Source: Phoronis australis (Eukaryota; Animalia; Phoronida). Taken from it: 64,000 nt of DNA. The position numbers were made by a program, and so were the translations under genes. Where the stretch lies: the NCBI GenBank assembly GCA_002633005.1, contig NMRA01000118.1:105835-169834 (forward strand). The letters run 5' to 3'. Numbering within the stretch: the first letter of the stretch is position 1; every line of letters starts with the position of its first letter. Under the pieces are notes generated by a model. The model was not told where the DNA came from, made no database searches, and saw only the letters and a program-made list of their open reading frames with translations. This document shows positions 27,701 to 39,559 of this stretch, piece by piece.

Positions 27701-30700
27701 AAAATCGGGCACGATCGGTGAAACACGTGCCTCCAGTGTATGCCATCGTCTGCGTTCTATGTTTGTTCGCTGGCAGGAAGAATTGAGTTAGTGAAAGAAT
27801 GTATAGTTACAGAATAAAATGTCGAAGTTGGTTTTGGCAACCTCATACTTCGTTAGCGACTTGGGATCTTCGCTAAGTCACAAAATGCGACTTGGCCTCA
27901 AGCTAACTGTAGAGAGTTGAGCATGTTGAGTAAAAGAGCTTCAAAATTCATCACTTTTGAAATGACTTAAATTCATTCGCAGGTGCTATCCCAATTCCTG
28001 CTGAACCTTGAAACCAATCGCTATCATGGTAAGTATTTTTCAGTCCAGTTTGACAGAAAAAACTGGCTTCCGCGTTCCCCCAAGGAAAGCGAACTTTGAT
28101 TCAGAACACTCACCGATACAAAATCGGTCTCATCTTGTTCCATATTCAGGTAAGAAGTTGTTCCTTGGCTTACAGAGATCTGAGAATTGGCTATATTCCT
28201 TTAGATCATGCTCGGCTCATAAACCGACGTGCCGTGACAAGCCCCATTGTATAGCCTGGTCAGGAGTAATACCCTGCTGCCAGTTCCTCCCGAGCAAAGA
28301 AATCGCATTTAATTTGACTAAGGAATAGAGAGCTTATTTCAAAACAACAAGTGGTCTAAAGCAAAAGTTGCTTTTGTGACGGAAGGCGGATTTATAGCCG
28401 CTTTAAATAATTGCCTAGTTTCATGACAAGCAGACAGTGAGAAGGCAATGCAGAATGATGAAAATAACGCCCCCTATATTGTACTGCTAAGAAGCAATAT
28501 GCACTCACTCGAAGTATTCTGCGGAAGGAGACACAGCCGTGGACGAGTTCAAGAGTAATCCGTTACACAAGGTTTCATTGACCGTCCCGTTCCAACAGTT
28601 ACACGTGTTCCACTCGTTGTTACAATCAGTCCACGGTAAATCAGCGGTGAACGAGGCAAATGTGAAGTAGAACGCCCAGCCTATGATCACTTTGTAATAA
28701 AAGGCGACGAAATAAGAAATCAACACAACGCCCCATCCAATTCCTGAAAAGGTAGATAGCGTTGAACGCAATGACCAACGTGACGAAGAAGAACGTGCGA
28801 AGGCAAACGCACTCATTTAAGAACAACGATTATATTCAAAAGAAAATGCTTGCACCTTATTATGCTTTGCAGGGTATAATCGTTTTCAATTCTCAAAAGA
28901 ACTAGCTGTCATTTTATATTTACTATGTCTCTTGGCCGTCTTGTTGCGCTGCGAACGACCATCAAAGATACAGAGAGGTTGAGTGAATAGCATTTAAAAT
29001 TATTACTCGTGAAACATTGTTGTGCTGTCAACAGAGTGAGAACAAGGCGAAGGAGAGCAAAATAGATTTTTATTTTCAGGGCAGCTTTTACTTCCACAGG
29101 ATGTCTGGCTCCAAGAGAAAAGTTTGAATATACTACCACAATCGTTGTAATGGCTTCTGGTTCAGTCTCGAAAAAACGAGGATTTTGGGACTGCCTTTGT
29201 GAGATTGCCCCCATTACATTCCCGCAAACCGCCCAGAGCCATTCAGTTAAAGTGGTACGAGCTGCACCAATATGTTGTGCCGTGCAAGTTTATTTCAACT
29301 CATGAATAAGCACTTTTTCGGTACCATAACTATTACATTGCGAAATCCGCCTACACAATGACCACGGATGAATATTCTGAATGTTAATTTTGCGACGACG
29401 TCACAAAAACTCGAGTGGTGATATAAAGACAGGAATATATTACTTCGTGCTTTTATGGTTACAGTGTGGTCAATTTTACTTTTGACTATCCATTCTGATT
29501 TTATCTTATTTTGAAGTTGAAAATCTTCAATAGACCCACCGAAGCAGTGCTCAATTAACTTCAAAACGCATCACATATTTACCTTTGAATATTGGAGATA
29601 TTTTCCATATGGTAATTGGTCCTTCTCGATGAAACTGTCCCAGCAATATCTCCAAATAGAGCAGAGGAGTGGCTCCGAAAACTAGCATCAAGAAATACGG
29701 GATGAGAAATGCACCTGAAAATGTATCACGGTAGCTTGGAACAGGTATCTGATCTACCTAGGAGCATTTTCACTCGACATTCTAAAAACTTTAACCTAAT
29801 ATTTATTAAAATTTGTATTCGGTAATAATGCCATGATGTCGAGAACATGGATTTCTACTACCGCGTTCAGTTACACCTTCCAAAAATGCACTCTTGCCAA
29901 GAAATATTTGCTTATGAAACGGACTATCAGTGCATTATGCCACAAACTTCAACATTCCACCCACGTCAACTACTTCACGCCTGATCAGAAGGAAAATCAG
30001 CCACATAAAGTGGTTCAGGAAGGCGTCATGTCTGCCATTCCACGAGTGATACGCATAACATTAATGTCAGAAAGAAGAAATTCTGGGTAGAGTTCAGTAA
30101 CGTTAGTGCCTGGCTAGAAAAGCAAGATCTCGTGACATTCAGCGAGATGTCGCCGTCTATTTTCAATGAAACCAAGTGATTTTGGCTAGCGTTTCTCTCT
30201 GCGAGAGGTTATTGAACTCAACCCTGGTTAATTCCGCGTGACCGCCCAGAGCTAACAGTTGCGTCATCGGAATGCAAGTTTTTTCAGGTTAAGAATGCGG
30301 TTCAGCCGTACGGGGTTGAACGATAGGAAAGCAGGTCGGACATCCGACGAGCGTTTATACGGCATATCAGATAAGCGGCGATTGGCCTTCTGATCGGACG
30401 CCATATGGGCGAAACTGCAACATAAGTTTTGATGTGATGAACTTAGCTGTACAAGTGATAGATGACTTCCACTGGGCTCCCAGTGTATTTTGTGTAAAAC
30501 TAGTCGTCATCAGAAACCTCTAATGACACGAGCCCATGTCAAAAGAGGGCAAAAAATTCGATGAGTTTTATTCAACCAGTTATCGTTGTAAAAGTATTGG
30601 AGACATTGTAATAACTGACTGTTTCTGTTGATTTTCCAGTTAAACACGTGGACGTTGACATCACATCATATTGCGTAGCTAAACTTGAGAAAGGACGTAC

Positions 30701-33700
30701 ATGTATAATAGATTATGTCTCAACGATTTTGAATGCGGCTTAACGCAATGGTGAAATATGTTGCAACAGCTCACTAATGTAAGCACCTTTTAAAGTGCTT
30801 ACATTAGTTAAAACATGTTGGGAGCCCGGATTTGTGTTATCCCGCAATGCAGTAGCATGCAGAGGTCTGGTGATATTTACTGGACGCTCCTCTCTCTACT
30901 GAAATGCATGGACCCTAGTGCTTACAAAAGTAAAAGGGAGGAAACGTGACAAATTGGTCACATTTTCAAAAATAGTGACTGTTGGATGACCCTCGACGTC
31001 AGGTGGATGCCGGGACCGTCGCCCCGCCGGCAATCCCTTTTGCACCCTACTCTCACAGTGTGCAGCTTTATGACATATTGCCGTCCCCGTTTGGTTAGAC
31101 ATGAACCTTTGGACTGTGCGTCCCCCAGGAATCCAAAATCAAGGGTGGTGTTAATGTAGGCTTATTTTACCTGTCTATCCGTCACGCCTCACAGTGCTTG
31201 TTTTAATTCAAGATGCAGCGGTTTGCTACTTTGTTATAAACATCTAGTAGAATTGAAATGTGACTGTTCTATAAAGTTTGCCGTGAAGCTACGAAACCTT
31301 AACCCTGGTTAAATACGACAAGGGCATCCCCTATACGTTGTAGTCTAAGCACACATGTAATATAACACATTGTCCACTGTTTGATTTAGTACAGCGCACA
31401 CAAGCCTTGTTTGACTTCGCAAGCCGATGTGCGTCACGATAATGTCGAATGTGTGTGAAACATTTTAATTCATATTATACTCGCCAAGTGCTTGCCCAAT
31501 ACTTCAACAAAAATATAAATTAACCTCACACAAAGCAGGCACCCCTGAGAGTCTGATAAAATTCCGACGACTGGTGCCGTTAAATATAAACGCGCTATGA
31601 ACTTGCAGATCATGGATATCACGGAAGGGTTAACCAAAACGTACATTCTCGGTATCCCTAAAATCAAATGCCGGTTTGTTTGTCACAACCGGAGGAATAC
31701 GACAGGTTTAAGCATCCCCTTGGATTTGTGTATCTTGCGTAATCCTAAACCATATACTATGGTTTGTCCAATCTCTCAATAACTAGTAGACTTAAAGGCA
31801 TGCAGCGCCATATTCTCATTGGTGATGCGAGCGCGACAAATGCTTAAAGTACAATGACGCAACCAAACTATTATTTTGTGTCTGTTTTACCTTTTCTGTC
31901 TCATTTTACTTGTCGCGGAACATATCTCCATACGTCCACATATCAAGCCTCTAAAATTTGGGTTATTGGTAATCTTTCGAAATGTGAACAATCACTGTTT
32001 CTGTGTGTAGAAACGTCTCTCTATAACACTGCTCACCTTGTGCACGCGGAAATGGTTCAAAAGTTTCTGAGAAATCCCGTTACGGATTTCAGGATTGCTA
32101 ATTCCCATTCCCTCTTTGCGGGGTGTTTTTTCTGTTCCACCCTAGGTCTGAGGCTATACAAAACGATGTTTGTTCACAGACATTATGCAATATTGTTTGT
32201 TGCACGAAGAAATTGAATATCTCACAACGAAACGATGTTCGGGCATGACGATAACATAGACATTCTAAAATGCGTTGTGAAACTCAACAAACTATTTGCG
32301 TATCGAAGTCAATGTGGGCACCAGGTGGCGCGCGACTTAGCAGTCTAATCCTGGCTGCATTTTTTTTGTATATGACGGCGAATACTGCATTTTCGATCGA
32401 GAAGCCTTCGTCGCCTCCAAAACATTTGTAATAGTACTCAGAAGAAGCTAGTTACTTAAGACAAATATTCGTAAAAATGGTACAGCCTTCCTAATATCCA
32501 TAACAAAATGAAGCGACACAAGTCTACAGTAGAATCATTGCAAAACTGCTCAAAGTGTGCGCTCGATGTACACCGGAGGTGGTCAAGCACAGGTTGGGAT
32601 AGATGTTTTCAACACATGGTTACATCACCCTCGGAGATGGAGTTAAGGGCTGTTTCAGAAATTTGGGGTTTACATACGTGTTTTCATGTCCAAGGGCCGG
32701 TCAACCTATTGAAAAACTGGTACACGTACCAGTTGCCGCAAATCATTAATAAAAAACCATTTTGTGCACAAAACGTGACAGTTTTCATAGATGGTTCATG
32801 CTTCATGGGCTCAGAAGGAAATTCTGGCTACTTAACTAGAGAAAATATTTGAAAGAGAACCTATGTTTTCGTCTTTTACAACTTTAATTGTTTTCAATAA
32901 ATGCCACACAAGTCCTATCATTTGATAGCCCCTTACGCAGAAGTGTAAAATTTCAAACATAATTCCTAACAGAGTTTAGGAGAAGTGCATAAAGCATACT
33001 ATGTGAACTATTTGTTTACGACAAACGTTCAGAAAACAGTTTGAAGTGTGTGCTTTGATGCACAAACACGGAATTCTGCGTTTCAAAGCGTCACCCTTGT
33101 ACAGTGCCACCCTTCCGGAGATAGCGCTGTGAAAGAGTAAAAAGTGAAATTTAAGTCCATTTTCATAACCTATAGTGATGAAATTGAAGCTTCCTTAGGT
33201 TTGTTATAAAGGACAGGTCAGAGGTTGTCTAGTCTGTCATGAGCATACCTGGACTAGTGGGGGGATATGTGGGATCTTCACAAGTACTCAGCTGCAAACT
33301 TACCTCCCCCATTTTTGTAACACAGGTAAGGAAATCTCCAAACATTTGCCAGATCAACAGCAAACCCAATTATAGAGAGCAGAAAGTCTATTTTTGTGTC
33401 CCAAGTCCCTCGCCCGTCTTCAGGCGGTTCAAGGCCACTGTACTCTCCGTTAGCAGCTGATCTCTCCGATTCGTCATCTCCGATTACTCCTTTCTCGCCA
33501 TCCAAACTGAACGCAACGTTATCCACGCCTGTTTGTGGTTCACTCTTTTTCGTACCTTCAACCATCTCCAGTTGGTCAGGCCCTCTTTTACTGTATCTCA
33601 GCCCTTTGATGTCGGACCTAGGAAACATGTTGCGGCTGACAGTAAATTTGGCTTTGCGTAAAGAAAGTTTTTTATAGGTTAGGCTATCGTTGGACCCATT

Positions 33701-33706
33701 AATCAT
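9628..33706 (-). CDS. SLC6A2: Spliced gene model: Na+/Cl- dependent monoamine transporter (SLC6; NET/DAT/octopamine-transporter clade), 13 coding exons, 2013 nt, ~670 aa
   Basis: Exons join in frame (403+132+235+139+135+104+125+113+141+100+101+186+99 nt). Motifs: [96 protein letters not shown]-terminal HWIAI. The symbol means closest human family member, not proven 1:1 orthology. The start Met is uncertain. Confidence 0.93.
12507..12692 (-). CDS. SLC6 exon 12 (TM12), GC donor
   Basis: tttccag|[62 protein letters not shown]|gcaagt. Confidence 0.88.
13718..13818 (-). CDS. SLC6 exon 11 (TM11)
   Basis: ttttcag|(G)[33 protein letters not shown]|gtaagt. Confidence 0.95.
14373..14472 (-). CDS. SLC6 exon 10 (TM10)
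   Basis: ttttgcag|[34 protein letters not shown]|gtaagg. Confidence 0.95.
16170..16600. repeat. Diverged tandem repeat, about 3 units of ~155-180 bp (intron 9)
   Basis: The block tcagtttgcgtt.tttcca.gaat...atgaaaaa...ttgttgttctcaatgc...taaaga.tcgttat recurs three times. Confidence 0.8.
17405..17558. mobile_element. hAT-like MITE
   Basis: Imperfect termini cattggcggatccag ... catccaccattg with internal ggggccatggcccc palindrome. Confidence 0.55.
18538..18678 (-). CDS. SLC6 exon 9 (end of TM8 + TM9)
   Basis: ttgcag|[17 protein letters not shown]...ISLMCTTY|gtaagt. Confidence 0.93.
19648..19760 (-). CDS. SLC6 exon 8 (EL4 + TM8)
   Basis: ctttag|(G)[37 protein letters not shown]|gtaagt. Confidence 0.95.
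19850..20235. repeat. Low-complexity polypyrimidine/polypurine tract filling intron 7
   Basis: Plus strand is strongly C/T-rich over about 390 nt. Confidence 0.85.
20255..20379 (-). CDS. SLC6 exon 7 (TM7)
   Basis: gtccag|[43 protein letters not shown]|gtaagt. Confidence 0.95.
22015..22118 (-). CDS. SLC6 exon 6 (TM6)
   Basis: ttatag|[36 protein letters not shown]|gtaagt. Confidence 0.95.
23588..23722 (-). CDS. SLC6 exon 5 (TM5)
   Basis: ttttcag|[45 protein letters not shown]|gtgagt. Confidence 0.95.
23993..24131 (-). CDS. SLC6 exon 4 (TM4)
   Basis: ctttcag|[26 protein letters not shown]...GVRSSGK|gtgcgt. Confidence 0.95.
27245..27525. repeat. Dispersed repeat / MITE-like element, copy B (in transporter intron 3)
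   Basis: Direct-orientation homolog of 12-289. Confidence 0.85.
28509..28743 (-). CDS. SLC6 exon 3 (TM3 + EL2)
   Basis: ttttcag|(G)[22 protein letters not shown]...SPSAEYF GA|gtgagt. Confidence 0.95.
29583..29714 (-). CDS. SLC6 exon 2 (TM2)
   Basis: ttttcag|(G)[44 protein letters not shown]|gtaaat. Confidence 0.95.
33304..33706 (-). CDS. SLC6 transporter coding exon 1 (N-terminus + TM1)
   Basis: Ends ...YKNGG G|gtaagt (phase 1). A possible acceptor near 33760 suggests an upstream non-coding exon. Confidence 0.92.
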
Positions 33707-34336
33707 TGATTTAAATAGAACTTTTCAGAATAGTCTACTTCAGCGATTCTTCAGCAATCTGTGTCAACTAACTATTAATTAAGTTGTAATTATACGTAAA
33801 ATGTTCTCGTAATGAAGATAACTCAAGTGGACAATGGCGCTTTGAGTGGTGCTCCACCGTTTTTTATCCCGGAGCTTTAGTTTAAAAATGCATAGACTCC
33901 AGGACCGTAGCCAGCATTGCGAAGAAAGTGGTTCGAATTTCTTGAACGGTGAACCTTTGATATTTTGCAAACGTCGACACCGTGGAGTTTTCATTAAGAC
34001 CCTCAATTGAAGCAGCTTAACAAAAGGGAAGGGAAATTTATATCCACAACGATGACTCTCAGCTCTATGTTTTTGAGATGAGACGGAATTAGTAATATCA
34101 GAGATGAGGATGCCGTGACAGGTGCTCGCAAATAGCGGGACTCAACTCGGATCTAATTTGGTCCAAAACGTTCTCGCCTTACTTCCTGCCAAATTTTCAA
34201 ATCATGCATGCCTAAATGTGTGACAAATATTTAGTTGCAGAATAACTTGACGAAATTTTTTATCTAGTTATAGTTTTGAGTGTTACTCATTTGCTTATGT
34301 GATCTTGGAATTGGGAGCAGCCTACTACTCACCATT

Positions 34337-34605
34337 CGGTCCGCCATTCCGAAGGTTCACTACTTCGAAGGTTCACTACTACGAAAAGAACTAACTGTTT
34401 CAACCTGTGTGTAATTTTTACAATTTTACATGTATAATATATGATACTACGTCTATTTGATACACTGAATGGTGTACCTATACCCGTTAAAACAACGAGA
34501 AAAAATAACTGTCGGAGTTCTGGTTTTGGAATTGTGGACATTCGAAGTAGTGAACTTTTGAAGGTAGCAAACCTTCGGAGTAGCGAACCTTCATAATAGT
34601 GGTAT
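34337..34605. mobile_element. Foldback-type MITE with subterminal 15-bp repeats
   Basis: (cgaaggttcactact)x2 on the left; inverted copies (agtagtgaac..., agtagcgaaccttc) on the right. Confidence 0.7.
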
Positions 34606-35194
34606 CTAACCTTGGAAATCTTTTCCCACAAGCCAGTTGCTCGTATGAAGTCTGTGCACCGTTGACACTATTGACAAAAGAAGTCTATCTTCATAACCAA
34701 ATTTTTTATTAGGTCAAGACCTACTTCTCCCCAAAATGTGAACATGCTCGTCGGTGTTTTCTCAGTGCAAGAAAAATACGGTTATAGTTAATTCTGGTTT
34801 TTGAGCAACGACGGAGGGCTACCTATAGTTAACATACCGCCGGCTTCTACTGACGGAAACGCACACACGTGTGCACACATGCATGTCAATTCACCAATAT
34901 ACAATCAAAGTGGACACTGGATGAAAAAAATACCTTCACTTGACGAACACTTTCAATTCTAAGTTTGAAAACGCCTGTCCTTTACCTTACTATGCTATGA
35001 AGCAATATCGGATAATAAACCTACTTTCTGCTATTTCGTTTCTTGGTCGATTTTAAGGCATACACATCGCACTACTTTTTGGGAGCTCTCTCTCTGCTAT
35101 ATAGCTTAGCTAGGAATAGACATTTACTTCTAGACTCCCTTGTTACCCTACAGTGTAACCACCACGTGTGTTAAATGCCGATGTGTAACATAAA

Positions 35195-35280
35195 CATGGG
35201 CGGCACAGCACTGAAAAAAGTGGGGAGGCTAAAGCCCCCAGCCCCCTGTGGTGTACCGCCTATAGACCAACACTGAAAAA
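35195..35280. mobile_element. Short hAT-like MITE family copy next to the assembly gap
   Basis: catgggcggcacagcactgaaaaaagtggggaggctaaagccccc...cgcctata. Confidence 0.6.
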
Positions 35281-35560
35281 NNNNNNNNNNNNNNNNNNNN
35301 NNNNNNNNNNNNNNNNNNNNNNNNNNNNNNNNNNNNNNNNNNNNNNNNNNNNNNNNNNNNNNNNNNNNNNNNNNNNNNNNNNNNNNNNNNNNNNNNNNNN
35401 NNNNNNNNNNNNNNNNNNNNNNNNNNNNNNNNNNNNNNNNNNNNNNNNNNNNNNNNNNNNNNNNNNNNNNNNNNNNNNNNNNNNNNNNNNNNNNNNNNNN
35501 NNNNNNNNNNNNNNNNNNNNNNNNNNNNNNNNNNNNNNNNNNNNNNNNNNNNNNNNNNNN
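35281..35560. other. Assembly gap (280 N), followed by poly-C
   Basis: N run; also a single N at 26614. Confidence 0.99.
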
Positions 35561-37672
35561 CCCCCCCCCCCCCCCCGGCTACGGGCCCGGACTCTTAGCG
35601 CTGTGTTAGAGATTGCGCGGAAGCGATTTATGTTACATCTGTAGCACGCTTAGTGTAGTACCTTCCCTGAGGTAAAGTTATTCGGTTGCAATAAAACACG
35701 TTACCGTCATGTCACAATGGACGATCCCACGCCTCGTGCGAGCAGACCTGCCGTACATTATGTAGAACCTAGTGCTTGGTCGCAAGAAACAATCCCTGAA
35801 TGGGACTCAACTAAGTTCCCTAATTTTACTGCGTGTTCGCGGACTTGTGAAAACGCCTATTGTCCTTTTTTGTGCAGTTTTAGATTCATTACTAAGGCAA
35901 CCTTGATTACAAATTGAGCTCAAACTTGACGTTTGAATTCTCAGTATTATCGTTTCACAACACTAATAACTTAAGGACTAAGCTCCTATTCATTTTAATT
36001 GAATTTAGGGCACAATTTTCAGTTACATTATTAGAAAAATATCATTAGTCAAAGAGGAGCTTATAATGAAGATGAAATGAAATGAAACAAAAAAATAGCG
36101 AATTAGCTCTGTCCCATGTGATACTGTTTCATGCAACCGAGCAGAGAACCCCGCGAAAACGCAAGACTTCGCGACATATCACTACGCATTTCAAACTAAG
36201 CACGGCTTGCACGAGCTGTGCTCGAAGATTCTTGTATCTGCGGCAGTCGAGCCAGTTTTGCCTACAACAGTCTTCTATGTCTACATATGGGAAATGTTGC
36301 CCTATTCAAGGGTTCTTGTTCAATTTGGTGAATTTTGTTTACTCTGAAGTGTATTTTAAAACTTTTTAATCTATTTTTAAAGCAAAACACATAAAAAGCG
36401 GTTATTCAAATAGTAAGTCTCCGCATTTGTGTTAAGTTTTATTTACCATTTGTAACACCATTGCTCCGATCAATTCTTATGTACCGTGAGTGGGACTGAA
36501 AATCGGTGGGCGTGTCGGCCATTGAGTACAGATATCCGAACAGAATATGGAGTGGTCATTACTCGGAGCGGTTGACAGTCTCCCGCATCACACTTCTGGT
36601 TTGAGGGCTTTGACTTTTATTATTTTTATAGAACTCGCCTAAAAGGATCAAAGCACCTTTTGTAGAAAGCAAATATATCTCTTTGACTCACAGAAATGCC
36701 TTCAAAAATCAACGCCACTTTTTATAGGCTAGGACAATGAGTAATCATTGAGGCTTTTGATCGAACTGAAAAATTGGTTTTCAACATTTATTTAACAAAA
36801 TGCAACACATTCTCTGCGAGGCCATAACTGCATATCTGCTCCATGTGCTTCCTGTGCTCGCACTTCTCCAGTTTCTGCATGAACAAGCACATGTACATGT
36901 ATGTCTGGTGACCCTACGGCCAACAAAATTGTGTGTTGAAAACTGACTGGAATTACATATCCATTACGGTTATAGACGGTGAGAGATTGCCCCTGATACA
37001 AGTATTATCGAACAGGTGTGCGAACAACAAAACCATTGCCTAACCCTTTGCCTATGCTGGCCTGTATGTTCATTTGCCGTCTCTCAAAACACTATAATTT
37101 TGCTTCGAGTAAGAAGATTACACTGCACGCAAAGTTTCAAACGGCACGTAAACCTAGTGTTCAAAATCACCATGCCTGTTCTTTCCGCTAAATATCAGAC
37201 AAAATCCCCTACATCTATGATATTAAAGGTCTTGTGACGTAAACCAAAAGGAATCCCATTCAACTGGCGTATGAAAATCTCGCCACAGGTAAGCACAGCA
37301 AAAGCGAGTACCCTGATTTAACTTACATGTTGTCGCGTAGTTAACCTTCGTTAAAAACTCCTGGGCGTCCTCCTATGATTGTTCGATACAAAGGAGATCG
37401 AGGAGTACAGTGGCCTTTTCTATTGTAGTATCGTCCAGGATTGAAACCTCACTATGGTTATTTTGACGCCACACAATAGAGAGCTGTCTCCAACATCACA
37501 ATCGAGGGAACTGTGCAAACACCCACTCGAATGTTGAGCGAAATCCTTAAGAGCCGGGGTCGTGCGTTCTATTGATCCATGGGTTTTGGATTTGGACTTA
37601 CCTTTTAGACCAAGCCTTTGCGAAAAACAGAAGACAGGGTGTTTTGAAAAGAAAATGCAACGCAGTTAGATG

Positions 37673-37961
37673 CCCGGAGTCACTCACATTGATAAGGTGC
37701 CCGCAGGTGTGTACCAAAATTGCGGGACTGGCCGTACTTTTTCAGCAAGTTTTGCGGGACCCGAGCGGGGCCCATTAGACCTCTTAATTTCTATTTCGTC
37801 CCCGTAAAAGACATAATGCATTGGCCTCAGCCCCGCAAAAGGCGCACTGGGCCGCCTTCCCACAAAAAATCGACCCCCCCAAAAGTGATGGTAATTACAA
37901 GACGGCTGACAGTTTTTGGTACACGCCTTCGGGCACCTCGTGAATTCGAGTGACCCCCGGG
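37673..37961. mobile_element. MITE with ~45-bp TIRs and CCC termini
   Basis: cccggagtcactc...aggtgcccgcaggtgtgtaccaaaa / ttttggtacacgccttcgggcacct...gagtgacccccggg. Confidence 0.8.
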
Positions 37962-38405
37962 GGTTACATGCACACAATGAGGTATATATATGGTCTCATT
38001 GTATGTGCATCATAGTTTATGCTTCCAAAGTGATCTCGGAAGCGTATATTAACAGCTGCTGCTTTGATTTGCTTTTTACAAAGGTTTTCTTAAGTAACGT
38101 AATGCTCATAGTCGGTATTTCACATTTTTATCACAAGACATGTTTAATAAAAGGGCGCATAAACGGTTACTCATTTTGCGCTGGCTGCACGAGTCAAATA
38201 ACTGGAGCAAACGCGGTTGATGAACTAAACGAACTTCCATTCAGCTAGGATCTGTTGTGGATAAAAATAGCAGAACTCGTTTTTATCCCATACCCATTGA
38301 ATCAGTCGAAGGGACTAGGACCATGTGATATTGTTTGCCGCACTCACCTCCCGCCCTACTTCAACAGTGGCCTCTGATATAGAATGTTCAATGAGAAGGT
38401 CAATG

Positions 38406-38644
38406 CATGCACGCACCCAGGGGGAGGGGCTCGAGCCCTCAATTTGGTGCAAAAAGATCCGCCTCAGAGAAACAAAAAGTCTGAGAAAACGAGACAAAAG
38501 TCCACTAAGAAGGCAGGAATTCGGCGAATGCACAATTCAAATTTTAAAATAGCTCTGAAAGAACCCTTTTTTAGTTTTTTTAAGTAAAAGCTCCACATTC
38601 TCAAAAATTCAAGCCACCTATATTTTAGGCTGTGTGCGCGCATG
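38406..38644. mobile_element. MITE with 15-bp TIRs
   Basis: catgcacgcacccag / ctgtgtgcgcgcatg (13/15 match), flanked by CAATG on both sides. Confidence 0.7.
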
Positions 38645-38772
38645 CAATGTCGACTGGACGTCGTTAGCCGGTTCGATCATCAAAACTTTCCGTAGAAAGT
38701 TTAAAGCAATACAATTGCAGCAGTATATATAACACTCAACATGCAATCAGGTCCCGACGTAACATCTGGTAC

Positions 38773-39128
38773 AAAACTGTTAATTATATGAACACTTCGG
38801 TCTCAGTTTTCGATTGCTTAATATTATGTCGTCCGCATCTAAGGCGAGGATTTCTCAATAACTACAATATCATATATTGTAATTTAACTATTTTCAGGAA
38901 ATGTTACGTGTACAAGTTGAACGAACAATTACCGTTGTTTTCATCTTTGGTATCTCTTTCCAAGTAATAAATCGTTACGAATAAAATTGTTTCTTTTATT
39001 AGAAAAAAACTTGTAACCTAACAGCCCAAGTACATAATATAAGATGCGATCCACTGTGTGAAAAGTCTGGGTGTAGTATTTAAAAAATCTGCCGATTAAA
39101 TGAAAGAAATTTAGGAATTTGAAGCGTT
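38773..39128 (+). repeat. Diverged direct repeat copy 1, containing candidate microexon 38898-38963 (MLRVQVERTITVVFIFGISFQ)
   Basis: Aligns with 41389-41709; ttttcag acceptor and CAA|gtaata donor. Confidence 0.65.
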
Positions 39129-39559
39129 TGGGTCGATACGCGGAATAATGTCTCATGGGATATTACTTCATCTACTCCCCTTGGTACGTTTTGTGTATAG
39201 ATTGGCAGGGTTTTTACTATCTGCATTACGTCTTGTTGAATGCAACGACAACTGCACCCACTGGGATATAGCCATAAGTTCTCAACCGGTTTCGAACTAT
39301 AAACAGATACCTAAAACGACTTTCCCATTCTGTTCTCTGAAATAAGATAATGCTCTGTAACCCTTGACAACCTTCAAACGTTTTGAAGAAATTTGAAAAC
39401 TCGTTTAAAAGTCTACTATACGGGCAAGCGTGACCTACGCTTTTAGCGAATTACATGGCAACTGGGGAAAAAGACCACTCACTAAGGACCGTAATATCCA
39501 ATTTGTGAGAAGGGGGAGGGGGTGGTGATTTTTTAGTTGTTTGGCTAACCAGTTTCTCT

